DNA of 64,000 bases from Lachnospiraceae bacterium (lineage in GTDB: Bacteria > Bacillota > Clostridia > Lachnospirales > Lachnospiraceae), in the NCBI GenBank assembly GCA_016286035.1, contig JAEERY010000020.1:244020-308019 (forward strand), given 5' to 3'. Under the pieces are notes generated by a model. That model worked only from the letters and a program-made list of their open reading frames with translations. It was not told the origin of the DNA and made no database searches. Position 1 is the first letter of the stretch, and every line of letters starts with the position of its first letter. Positions 42,017 to 50,166 of the stretch are shown piece after piece. Both the position numbers and the translations under genes were made by a program.

Positions 42017-43048
42017 ATGGATATTAATTATTTGCTTCAAATGGCGCGTAAGCAGGATTGCTCTGATCTTCATATCACGGCAGGAACAGCTTTGGCAGTG
42101 CGTCGCTATGGTATATTGAAGATACTGGAAGGAACCGAGGATTATATTCCGACACTGACTGAATCTGAGGCACTCATTCTCTCGCTTTTGGATGAAGAGC
42201 AGAAAGAGACTGTACTTAAGGGTAAGGATCTGGACGTAGGTTCCATGATGGAAGACGGAAGCCGTATAAGAATAAATATCTACCATCAGCGTAATCACCT
42301 TGCTGCCAGCATCAGACTTCTGAACAGTAAGATTCCTTCAATATCCGAGCTTGGGCTTCCCGATACCATCCTTGAGCTTGCGGATGAGTATAATGGACTT
42401 GTGCTTGTAACAGGACCTACAGGAAGCGGAAAGTCTACAACGCTTGCATCGATGGTCGAACATATCAATGCTACTACCGCTAAGCATGTAATAACTGTTG
42501 AAGATCCTATCGAGTATATATATGAACATAAAAAGGCAATGATCCACCAGAGAGAAGTTGGAAAGGATGTTGAAGATTTCGCTGTTGCACTTAGAAGCGC
42601 GCTTAGAGAAGACCCCGACATCATACTTGTTGGTGAGATGAGAGACTTTGAGACTATAAATGCAGCCATCACGGCAGCTGAGACCGGTCACCTCGTGCTT
42701 GCAACGCTTCATACATCCAGTGCCGCTCAGACTGTTGAGCGTATAATCGACGGATGTCCCGTTGATGCTCAGAACAGAGTAAGGATTCAGCTTGCAAACG
42801 TTTTAAGAGGTATTGTTACACAGCATCTTCTTCCGAGAGCCGATGGCTTCGGACGTGTAGCCGCAACTGAGATCATGATAAACAATGCGGCGGTTTCCAA
42901 TATGATCCGTGAGAACAAAGCCTTCATGATCAACAATGCGATCCAGTCAGGATTCCAGCAGGGCATGCATACCATGCAGAGTGATGTACAGAGACTTGTA
43001 CAGTTCGGAGAAGCTGATCCGGTATACGCTAAGAGATTCATAGTTTAG
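42017..43048 (+). CDS. pilT: type IV pilus retraction ATPase PilT
   Basis: LVLVTGPTGSGKSTTLA, ALRSALREDPDIILVGEMRD and AAETGHLV are near-identical to canonical PilT. The ORF track uses GTG 41999, but ATG 42017 has a better RBS. Confidence 0.85.
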   Translation: MDINYLLQMARKQDCSDLHITAGTALAVRRYGILKILEGTEDYIPTLTESEALILSLLDEEQKETVLKGKDLDVGSMMEDGSRIRINIYHQRNHLAASIRLLNSKIPSISELGLPDTILELADEYNGLVLVTGPTGSGKSTTLASMVEHINATTAKHVITVEDPIEYIYEHKKAMIHQREVGKDVEDFAVALRSALREDPDIILVGEMRDFETINAAITAAETGHLVLATLHTSSAAQTVERIIDGCPVDAQNRVRIQLANVLRGIVTQHLLPRADGFGRVAATEIMINNAAVSNMIRENKAFMINNAIQSGFQQGMHTMQSDVQRLVQFGEADPVYAKRFIV

Positions 43049-43058
43049 TATATAATAT

Positions 43059-43092
43059 GAAGAAAGAGTTGTCATGGCTCTTTCTTTTTTGC
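43059..43092 (+). terminator. rho-independent terminator after pilT
   Basis: GAAGAAAGAG...CTCTTTCTT stem then TTTTT. Confidence 0.7.
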
Positions 43093-43259
43093 GTTTATAC
43101 TATATATAAGTAGTGGATCTGAAAATATTTGGAAAAATGAAAATTATGATTGACGGGACATATACCGTTATGTTATATTGATTGAGCAAAAAGACTCAGG
43201 TCTTTTTTTTGTGGACTGAAAAAATATTCTCGTGTGCGAGATTCATGGAGGTGAATAAT

Positions 43260-43409
43260 ATGCGTACCAAGATAACATTGGCATGCACAGAGTGCAAGCA
43301 GCGTAACTACAATACGACTAAGGATAAGAAGGTTCATCCTGATCGTATGGAGACAAAGAAGTACTGCAGATTCTGCAAGACTCATACTCTTCACAAAGAG
43401 ACAAAGTAA
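43260..43409 (+). CDS. rpmG: 50S ribosomal protein L33
   Basis: [21 protein letters not shown]...CRFC. GGAGGTG RBS. The ORF-track start at 43182 is upstream of the RBS. Confidence 0.85.
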   Translation: MRTKITLACTECKQRNYNTTKDKKVHPDRMETKKYCRFCKTHTLHKETK

Positions 43410-43442
43410 GGCTTACCGGTTGGTTGGTGAAAGGAGCAGTAT

Positions 43443-43640
43443 ATGTCAGATAAGAATGAACAGAAGGAAAGCTTCTGGGATGGCGTAAAGACTGAATTCA
43501 AAAAGATATCTTGGCCTGAAAGGGCAGATCTTATCAAACAATCTATAGCAGTATTGTGTACCTCTGTTGTTGTTGGCATCATCATCGCGATCATAGATGC
43601 AGCGGTTAAGTATGGTGTTAATAATTTCTTGGTAAAATAG
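43443..43640 (+). CDS. secE: preprotein translocase subunit SecE
   Basis: 65 aa with a single TM. Conserved position between rpmG and nusG. Confidence 0.85.
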   Translation: MSDKNEQKESFWDGVKTEFKKISWPERADLIKQSIAVLCTSVVVGIIIAIIDAAVKYGVNNFLVK

Positions 43641-43652
43641 TGAGGAGACTGT

Positions 43653-44177
43653 ATGGCAGAGACAGAAGCAAGGTGGTATGTTGTTCATACATACTCGGGC
43701 TATGAGAATAAGGTTAAAGCTGATATTGAAAAGACTATAGAAAATCGTAATCTTCATGATACGATACTTGAGGTCAGAGTTCCTTTACAGGATGTAGTGG
43801 AAGTCAAGAACGGATCAAAAAGAACAGTCCAGAAGAAGATGTTCCCCGGATATGTTCTTGTAAACATGGTCATGAACGATGAGACATGGTATGTTGTACG
43901 TAATACACGTGGTGTTACCGGATTCGTAGGACCCGGAAGCAAGCCGGTACCGTTGACGGAAGCTGAGATGAAGCCTCTTGGAATCAAGACAGACAATGTT
44001 ACTATTGATTTCGAGGAAGGCGATATGATAGTTGTTGTAGCAGGCGCTTGGAAGGATACGGTTGGAGCAGTTCAGCGTATAGATTACAACAAGCAGACAG
44101 CAACTATAAATGTAGAACTCTTCGGAAGAGAAACACCTGTCGAGATAGGTTTCGAAGAGGTAAGAAGATATATATAG
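43653..44177 (+). CDS. nusG: transcription termination/antitermination factor NusG
   Basis: WYVVHTYSGYENKV NGN domain and KOW domain. Confidence 0.9.
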   Translation: MAETEARWYVVHTYSGYENKVKADIEKTIENRNLHDTILEVRVPLQDVVEVKNGSKRTVQKKMFPGYVLVNMVMNDETWYVVRNTRGVTGFVGPGSKPVPLTEAEMKPLGIKTDNVTIDFEEGDMIVVVAGAWKDTVGAVQRIDYNKQTATINVELFGRETPVEIGFEEVRRYI

Positions 44178-44261
44178 GTAACTTTCGGCTAAAGCCGATT
44201 GAAACAGTGGAAGGGCACCTATAACCCGTACCACAATATATTATTATAGGAGGAGCCGATC

Positions 44262-44687
44262 ATGGCAAAGAAAGTAGAAGGTTATATCAAATTACAGATT
44301 CCTGCCGGCAAAGCAACACCTGCACCGCCGGTTGGTCCTGCTCTGGGTCAGCATGGTGTTAACATCGTTGACTTCACAAAGCAGTTCAATGCGGTAACAG
44401 CAGATAAGGGCGACGTTATCATACCCGTTGTTATCACAGTTTATTCGGACAGAAGTTTTAGTTTTGTAACTAAGACTCCTCCGGCAGCAGTTCTTCTTAA
44501 GAAGGCATGCAACATCAAGTCTGGTTCAGGTGTTCCGAACAAGACAAAGGTTGCTACTATCTCTAAGGACAAGCTTCGCGAGATAGCAGAGACAAAGATG
44601 CCTGACCTCAATGCTGCATCTATCGAGGCAGCTATGAGCATGATAGCAGGTACAGCACGTAGTATGGGTATCAAGGTAGAGGACTGA
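44262..44687 (+). CDS. rplK: 50S ribosomal protein L11
   Basis: [22 protein letters not shown]. Confidence 0.95.
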   Translation: MAKKVEGYIKLQIPAGKATPAPPVGPALGQHGVNIVDFTKQFNAVTADKGDVIIPVVITVYSDRSFSFVTKTPPAAVLLKKACNIKSGSGVPNKTKVATISKDKLREIAETKMPDLNAASIEAAMSMIAGTARSMGIKVED

Positions 44688-44706
44688 TTTAGGAGGTAAG
44701 CTTATT

Positions 44707-45396
44707 ATGAAACACGGAAAGAAATACGGCGAAGCTGCTAAATTGGTAGACCGCGCCAACTTTTATGAAGCAAACGAGGCTATAGGTCTTGTAAAGAAGA
44801 CTGCAACAGCTAAATTTGATGAGACTGTTGAAGTTCATATCCGTACAGGATGTGACGGACGTCACGCAGATCAGCAGGTTCGTGGAGCAGTTGTACTGCC
44901 CAACGGAACAGGTAAGACTGTTAAGGTTCTTGTTTTTGCTAAGGGTGACAAGCTCAATGAGGCAGAAGCAGCTGGAGCTGATTATGTAGGCGGCGACGAA
45001 CTCATCCCTAGAATCCAGAATGACGGATGGTTCGATTTCGACGTAGTAGTAGCAACACCTGACATGATGGGCGTTGTTGGTCGTCTCGGTAAGGTACTTG
45101 GTCCTAAGGGACTCATGCCCAACCCGAAGGCCGGAACAGTTACCATGGATGTTACCAAGGCTGTTCAGGATATCAAAGCAGGTAAGATCGAGTACAGACT
45201 TGATAAGGCTAACATCATTCATGTACCCGTAGGTAAGGCTTCATTCTCTGAAGAGAAGCTTACAGAGAACTACAATGCACTTATGGATGCTATCGTTAAG
45301 GCTAAGCCCAGCGCACTTAAGGGTCAGTACATCAAGAGCGTTACTCTTGCTTGCACAATGGGACCTGGCGTAAGGGTATCTGTTGCTAAGTATTAA
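44707..45396 (+). CDS. rplA: 50S ribosomal protein L1
   Basis: 229 aa L1 fold. Confidence 0.95.
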   Translation: MKHGKKYGEAAKLVDRANFYEANEAIGLVKKTATAKFDETVEVHIRTGCDGRHADQQVRGAVVLPNGTGKTVKVLVFAKGDKLNEAEAAGADYVGGDELIPRIQNDGWFDFDVVVATPDMMGVVGRLGKVLGPKGLMPNPKAGTVTMDVTKAVQDIKAGKIEYRLDKANIIHVPVGKASFSEEKLTENYNALMDAIVKAKPSALKGQYIKSVTLACTMGPGVRVSVAKY

Positions 45397-45408
45397 TATT
45401 TAAACATT

Positions 45409-45442
45409 GAAACCTTCCGAGAAATCGGAAGGTTTTTTGTTT
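45409..45442 (+). terminator. strong rho-independent terminator after rplA
   Basis: AACCTTCCG-agaaat-CGGAAGGTT then a T6 run. Confidence 0.8.
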
Positions 45443-45516
45443 GTATGAGATATTTCTTTGTGGTAATATATTATAGTAAATGTTTACCCTAAAATTAATG
45501 AAAAGAGGATCAGATC

Positions 45517-46827
45517 ATGGCTTTGAAACCTATTATGAATGTCATAAAGAATGAGTCCATGGGAAGCATGCTATGCTATAAAGTACCGTGCGAGGATTTC
45601 AATAACGGATCTCAGCTCATAGTTGCTGAGTATGAAGAAGCGCTTTTCATGAAGGATGGTATCGTTGAGGAGACTTTTCAGGGAGGCAAGTACACTCTGA
45701 CCACAGAGAACTTCCCGTTCCTCACGTCACTGAAGTCAACCCTGATGACAGGCGGTGTCAGTGCATACAACTGTAAGATATATTATATCAGTAAGCAGGA
45801 TCATCCGGAAAAGAAATGGGGAACGAGCGAACCCATAAATATACTGGATCCTTTCTGGCAGACATACCTGCATGTTCAGGCAAGAGGGGCATATACCATA
45901 AGGATAAAGGATGGAAAGAAATTCTTCCTTAAGATGGTTGGGGCAAACAGATCAGCAAGCGATGATGACCTGGTTAAGAATTTCAGGACTGCTTTCATAC
46001 AGAATATCTCAGATGAACTTGCTGCATATCTTACTTCATCTACTGAGGAGATAATCGTTGTATGTAACAGAAAGAAACTTCTGGCAGACACGCTTGCAAA
46101 CACCCTTCAGCCGGTACTTGATGAGTACGGCGTTGAGTTGGTCAACTTCTATATAGAAAATATCGGTGTTGTTGACGATGAGAATCTTAAGTCCATTACA
46201 AGGATGAGAAGAGAACGTCAGGAGAGGATGTTCGAACGTCAGCAGAACATAGAGGATGAACGTATGAAGTACGGCTTGAGCAGAGAAAAGGCCGAGGCTG
46301 ACAGATACGTTTCAGGTCAGGCTGCACAGGCTGATTACGAGCGTATGAAGATACGTGATCAGGACGGCAATAACGGCTGGGCTAGACAGGAAGAAGCTGA
46401 GATATTAAAGAGTATGGCAAAGAACGAAGGAAATGGCGGTGAGTTTGCCGGTGCCGGAATGGGCCTCGGAATGGGTCTTGCCATGGGAAATATAGCAAAA
46501 TCGATGATGGGTGATATGTTCTCTGACGGAAACGGAGGAGTTGGACTGTCAAATCCTGTACAGGGAAATCCTACAGGAGTAAAGATCTGTCCAAAGTGTA
46601 ATGCATCGGTTCCTGAAAATATGAAGTTTTGCGGATCATGCGGAAATCCGCTTGATACTCCGAAAAAAGTATGTGCCAACTGCGGAGCAGAGATACCTGA
46701 TGGAATGAAATTCTGCGGTCAGTGCGGTACACCTGTTGCGGCAGGCCCCAGAGTATGCGCACAGTGCGGAGCAGAGATACCTGATGGAATGAAGTTCTGC
46801 GGAAGATGCGGAACAAGAGTAGAATAG
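45517..46827 (+). CDS. SPFH/Band-7-like (Band_7_1-type) protein with Gly-rich linker and three C-terminal zinc ribbons
   Basis: N-terminal ~230 aa (…QLIVAEYEEALFMKDGIVEETFQGGKYTLTTENFPFLTSL…) fits the SPFH-like family seen in B. subtilis YdjI-type proteins. C-terminus has three C-x2-C-x10-C-x2-C modules. Confidence 0.5.
   Translation: MALKPIMNVIKNESMGSMLCYKVPCEDFNNGSQLIVAEYEEALFMKDGIVEETFQGGKYTLTTENFPFLTSLKSTLMTGGVSAYNCKIYYISKQDHPEKKWGTSEPINILDPFWQTYLHVQARGAYTIRIKDGKKFFLKMVGANRSASDDDLVKNFRTAFIQNISDELAAYLTSSTEEIIVVCNRKKLLADTLANTLQPVLDEYGVELVNFYIENIGVVDDENLKSITRMRRERQERMFERQQNIEDERMKYGLSREKAEADRYVSGQAAQADYERMKIRDQDGNNGWARQEEAEILKSMAKNEGNGGEFAGAGMGLGMGLAMGNIAKSMMGDMFSDGNGGVGLSNPVQGNPTGVKICPKCNASVPENMKFCGSCGNPLDTPKKVCANCGAEIPDGMKFCGQCGTPVAAGPRVCAQCGAEIPDGMKFCGRCGTRVE
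46585..46824 (+). repeat. in-frame tandem repeat (84-nt period) encoding zinc-ribbon modules
   Basis: TGCGGAGCAGAGATACCTGATGGAATGAA(A/G)TTCTGCGG recurs at 46681 and 46765 with 1 mismatch. A third, more diverged copy is upstream. Confidence 0.8.
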
Positions 46828-46837
46828 GGGGATTGTT

Positions 46838-47515
46838 ATGAAAAGAGCATATAAGATGATGATATCGCTGGTTGTACTCGTTGCAACAGCAGTATGCATG
46901 TTCCTCTTTGCAACAAAATATAACATGGTATTCTGGGTGAACCTGATATTTGCCATGGTTGCGGTAGTGCTTGCCTCACTGGTTATCATAGGTGTTGCTT
47001 CTGCGGAAAAACGTTTTCTTGGAATGACACTGTCAACTTATGCGTCAGTATATGTGGTAGTCGCACTCGTTGCAGCTTTCAGAATGGTATTCATCCCGGA
47101 TATCCTTGTGAAAAAAGTAGCTCTTGTACATGTGATAATATTTGTCATATTCATAGTTGTTTTCTTCCTTGCAAAAGCGGAGAATGAGTTTATTACGCAG
47201 CAACAGGAGATAAGAGGCAAGGATATAGCAAATTTCAAGTTTACTTTACAGTGCATGAAAAATGCGATGTCAAAAGTGCCTTATGATGCTCCGTATAAAA
47301 AAACTGTGGAGCATGCATATGATTCACTGGCATCAGGACAGACGGTTAGTTCACCTGAGGTTCAGGATGTGGAGACTTCGATACTTGAAGCTATCGAGAA
47401 ACTTGACGGGATAATCGAACAGGGAAATGAAGAAGAGATAGTTTCTGTCTGCAAGGATATCGAAAAGCTTGCGGGTGTTAGAAAAGCAAAGCTGGCATGC
47501 AAGACCGGCTTTTAG
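46838..47515 (+). CDS. membrane protein (4 TM + cytoplasmic C-domain)
   Basis: 225 aa. N-terminal half hydrophobic, C-terminal half charged and helical. Confidence 0.4.
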   Translation: MKRAYKMMISLVVLVATAVCMFLFATKYNMVFWVNLIFAMVAVVLASLVIIGVASAEKRFLGMTLSTYASVYVVVALVAAFRMVFIPDILVKKVALVHVIIFVIFIVVFFLAKAENEFITQQQEIRGKDIANFKFTLQCMKNAMSKVPYDAPYKKTVEHAYDSLASGQTVSSPEVQDVETSILEAIEKLDGIIEQGNEEEIVSVCKDIEKLAGVRKAKLACKTGF

Positions 47516-47530
47516 AGGAGGATAAAGGAT

Positions 47531-48169
47531 ATGAATAACAATCAACAGCCGATCTGGTTTAACACTTGGGTCATTGTCATAGCTTTCATCGTATGCTGGC
47601 CTATAGGTATAGCCCTTTTGATAGCAAGAGTCAATTCGTCAAAGCAGAACATGTTTGACGGTTCGACCACTACTAAGGTTTGCATGATAATCGGCGTTAT
47701 ACTGATACTGGCAGGTCTGTCATCGTTCTCTAACAGTTTTTTGGCCGGACTGTTCTATACAGCAGGCGGAGCTGCACTGATATATTACGCACAGAAGAAT
47801 AAGAAGAAAGTAGAAAGATACAAAGGATATATCGATCTTATCGCTAATCAGAAGATCTACAGCTTGGATACGATCTCAAGTACGATGAACATGTCATATG
47901 ATGTGGTAAAGGGCGATATTCAGACGCTAATATCAAAGGGAACGTTTAAGGGGGCATCCATAAATGAACTCTCAAGATGCATAGATATGCCTCAGATAGA
48001 GCAACAGCCTACAGCACAGGGAATCATCGGAGGATTGATCGAAGGGGCTGCCGCTGCAGCGAACCCTACTGTAACGGCCACCTGTCCCGGATGTGGAGGA
48101 ACGATGGCAGCACCCAGGGGAGCAACTGTTGAATGTGATTACTGCGGAAAGATATTTACCGCTAACTAG
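47531..48169 (+). CDS. membrane protein with C-terminal zinc ribbon
   Basis: 3 TM, then a soluble domain ending in CPGCGG...CDYCG. Confidence 0.4.
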   Translation: MNNNQQPIWFNTWVIVIAFIVCWPIGIALLIARVNSSKQNMFDGSTTTKVCMIIGVILILAGLSSFSNSFLAGLFYTAGGAALIYYAQKNKKKVERYKGYIDLIANQKIYSLDTISSTMNMSYDVVKGDIQTLISKGTFKGASINELSRCIDMPQIEQQPTAQGIIGGLIEGAAAAANPTVTATCPGCGGTMAAPRGATVECDYCGKIFTAN

Positions 48170-48177
48170 GAGGAAAT

Positions 48178-48645
48178 ATGGATTTCTTTAATAAAGCAAA
48201 AGAATCGATAGCCAGCGCAAGCAGGGATCTTACACAGAAAGCAACGGATGCCGGCGGACTTGCGAAAGTAACAGTTCATTTAAAGGAACTCGAGAGAGAT
48301 TACAACGAGCAGTTAAAGAGACTTGCGGAAACTCTGTATACGCAGCATTATAATGAAGCAAAGAGTTTATGTCCCGATGTTGTAAGCGCTATCGATGCAA
48401 ACAGAAAAGAATATGAAAAGGACAAGAGAGAGCAGGCACTGTTAAAAGGCATGCGAATCTGTCCCAACTGCGGAGCTGAACAGGAAAAGCTTGCACTAAA
48501 ATGTACGGCATGCGGTATAAATATGGATGATGCGGAAAAACTCATCATGCCGCAAAGTTCGGCAAAAGCTTTCTGCCCCAAATGCGGACAGGAACTTGTT
48601 GACGGAGCAAAGTTCTGCATGTCATGCGGAAATCCGATTGGATAA
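48178..48645 (+). CDS. coiled-coil protein with two zinc ribbons
   Basis: N-terminal ~85 aa heptad-like, then CPNCGAE...CTACG and CPKCGQE...CMSCGNP. Confidence 0.4.
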   Translation: MDFFNKAKESIASASRDLTQKATDAGGLAKVTVHLKELERDYNEQLKRLAETLYTQHYNEAKSLCPDVVSAIDANRKEYEKDKREQALLKGMRICPNCGAEQEKLALKCTACGINMDDAEKLIMPQSSAKAFCPKCGQELVDGAKFCMSCGNPIG

Positions 48646-48659
48646 CGATAAAATAATAC

Positions 48660-48689
48660 TTGACAGGCACAATGAATACGTGATAACAT
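48660..48689 (+). promoter_or_regulatory. candidate promoter for rplJL (TTGACA-17-TG-n-TAACAT, extended -10)
   Basis: Consensus -35, TG dinucleotide, acceptable -10. Confidence 0.4.
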
Positions 48690-48879
48690 AGGCAACGTCG
48701 TGAGACTATGCCGAAGACAGCAGGTAGGATCTTAAGATCCTCTAACGTATTCGCCTGCCGAGGAGAGGAACGTCATATTAAAATGCATGTTACCCTTCTG
48801 CTTTGGCAGAAGGGTTTTCTTTTTAGTTTTGTGGACGAAAACCCTTTCGGCTCATCAAATCTAACAGGAGGTAAAGAAA
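48690..48879 (+). ncRNA. ribosomal protein L10 leader (autoregulatory 5' UTR) with attenuator hairpin at 48793-48826
   Basis: ~190 nt structured leader ahead of rplJ, with intrinsic terminator CCCTTCTGC-tttg-GCAGAAGGG then a T-run, as in Firmicute L10 leaders. Strong GGAGGT RBS follows. Confidence 0.5.
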
Positions 48880-49533
48880 ATGGCAAAGGTTGAGATCAAA
48901 CAGCCTATAGTAGAAGAGATTTCTGCTGCAGTCAAGGATGCACAGTCAGTTGTGCTCGTTGATTATCGCGGACTTACAGTTGCTCAGGATACACAGCTTC
49001 GTAAGGAACTTCGTGAAGCAGGAGTTACCTACAAGGTTTACAAGAACACTATGATGAACTTTGCTTTCAAGGGAACGGATTTTGAAGCATTGGCTCCTTT
49101 CCTTGAGGGACCCAGCGCAGCTGCTATTTCCACAACGGATGCAACAGCTCCCGCAAGAGTTATCGCAAAGTTTGCTAAGACAGCGAAGGCACTTGAGATC
49201 AAAGCAGGCGTTGTTGAAGGTCAGTTCTATGATGCACAGGGTATGCAGGCTATAGCTGAGATACCTAGCAGGGAAGAACTTCTTTCAAAATTCCTTGGAT
49301 CTATCCAGTCACCTATCGCAAACTTCGCTCGTTGCATGAATCAGCTTGCTGAAAAAGGCGGTGCATCAGAAGTACCCGCTAAGGAAGAAAAGGCTGAAGA
49401 AGCTCCCGCAGTTGAAGAAGCAGTAGCAGAAGCACCTGCAGCAGAAGCAGCACCCGCCGAAGAGGCAGCAGCACCTGCAGCAGAAGAAGCAGTAGCAGAA
49501 GCACCGGCTGAAGAAGCTAATGTTGAAGCGTAA
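48880..49533 (+). CDS. rplJ: 50S ribosomal protein L10 with ~55-aa Ala/Glu/Pro-rich C-terminal extension
   Basis: Canonical L10 N-terminal 160 aa, then a low-complexity tail (EKAEEAPAVEEAVAEAPAAEAAPAEEAAAPAAEEAVAEAPAEEANVEA). Confidence 0.9.
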   Translation: MAKVEIKQPIVEEISAAVKDAQSVVLVDYRGLTVAQDTQLRKELREAGVTYKVYKNTMMNFAFKGTDFEALAPFLEGPSAAAISTTDATAPARVIAKFAKTAKALEIKAGVVEGQFYDAQGMQAIAEIPSREELLSKFLGSIQSPIANFARCMNQLAEKGGASEVPAKEEKAEEAPAVEEAVAEAPAAEAAPAEEAAAPAAEEAVAEAPAEEANVEA

Positions 49534-49590
49534 AAAAGATTATTAACTAAATGTAGATATATCTACGAGTATATGAAAGGAGTCATAACA

Positions 49591-49971
49591 ATGGCAAAGT
49601 TATCAACAGCAGAAATCATTGATGCTATCAAAGAGTTAACAGTATTAGAGTTAAATGACCTTGTAAAGGCATGTGAAGAAGAGTTTGGCGTATCTGCAGC
49701 AGCAGGCGTTGTAGTTGCAGCAGCAGGTGCTGGCGCAGGCGCAGCAGCAGCTGAGGAGAAGGACGAGTTCGATGTAGAACTTACAGAAGTAGGTCCTAAC
49801 AAAGTTAAGGTTATCAAGGTTGTACGTGAAGCTACAGGTCTTGGACTTAAGGAAGCTAAGGATCTTGTTGATGCAGCTCCCAAGGTTATCAAGGAAGCAG
49901 CAGCTAAGGCTGAAGCTGAAGACATCAAGACAAAGCTCGAGGCAGAAGGCGCTAAGGTTACACTTAAGTAA
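49591..49971 (+). CDS. rplL: 50S ribosomal protein L7/L12
   Basis: [27 protein letters not shown]... Start at ATG 49591 after an AAAGGAG RBS. ORF-track Met 49573 is upstream of the RBS. Confidence 0.9.
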   Translation: MAKLSTAEIIDAIKELTVLELNDLVKACEEEFGVSAAAGVVVAAAGAGAGAAAAEEKDEFDVELTEVGPNKVKVIKVVREATGLGLKEAKDLVDAAPKVIKEAAAKAEAEDIKTKLEAEGAKVTLK

Positions 49972-49988
49972 TTGGCATGACACTTATT

Positions 49989-50026
49989 CCCGGAGGTTGA
50001 AAAACTTCCGGGATTTTGCTTTTTAA
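49989..50026 (+). terminator. rho-independent terminator after rplL
   Basis: TCCCGGAGGTT...AACTTCCGGGA stem then TTTTGCTTTTT. Confidence 0.7.
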
Positions 50027-50065
50027 GGGACTCTATTAAAAGTTTCTTAAATAGAAAAATAGTCC

Positions 50066-50095
50066 TTGACATCAAAAATTGATTTGTAGTATTAT
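50066..50095 (+). promoter_or_regulatory. sigma-A promoter for rpoBC (TTGACA-18-TATTAT)
   Basis: Perfect -35, near-consensus -10, ~70 nt upstream of the rpoB start. Confidence 0.6.
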
Positions 50096-50166
50096 GGATG
50101 ATGCACTATTGTGGTGTGCTATGCACGAAAGTAGTGTCTAAAATTATAGAACGGGGTGAATTGTCA

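Noticed and set aside
41859-42298. 86-aa + and 129-aa - ORFs in the fliD-like/pilT intergenic region
   Set aside because: The region is AT-rich promoter DNA. The ORFs overlap the pilT start and have no RBS.
44178-44261. Possible L11/L1 autoregulatory leader between nusG and rplK
   Set aside because: Only a short CGGC-taaa-GCCG hairpin is visible. I cannot support an L1-binding mimic by eye, so it is left unannotated.
49563-50075. 170-aa and 110-aa - strand ORFs and a 68-aa + strand ORF
   Set aside because: They overlap rplL and its Ala-rich hinge. Low-complexity GC-rich codons keep the alternative frames open, and rplL is certain.
50098-50166. rpoB start at the ORF-track Met 50098
   Set aside because: It overlaps the -10 element of the consensus promoter. 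Conserved RpoB N-terminus spacing and the GGGGTGAA RBS support ATG 50167.
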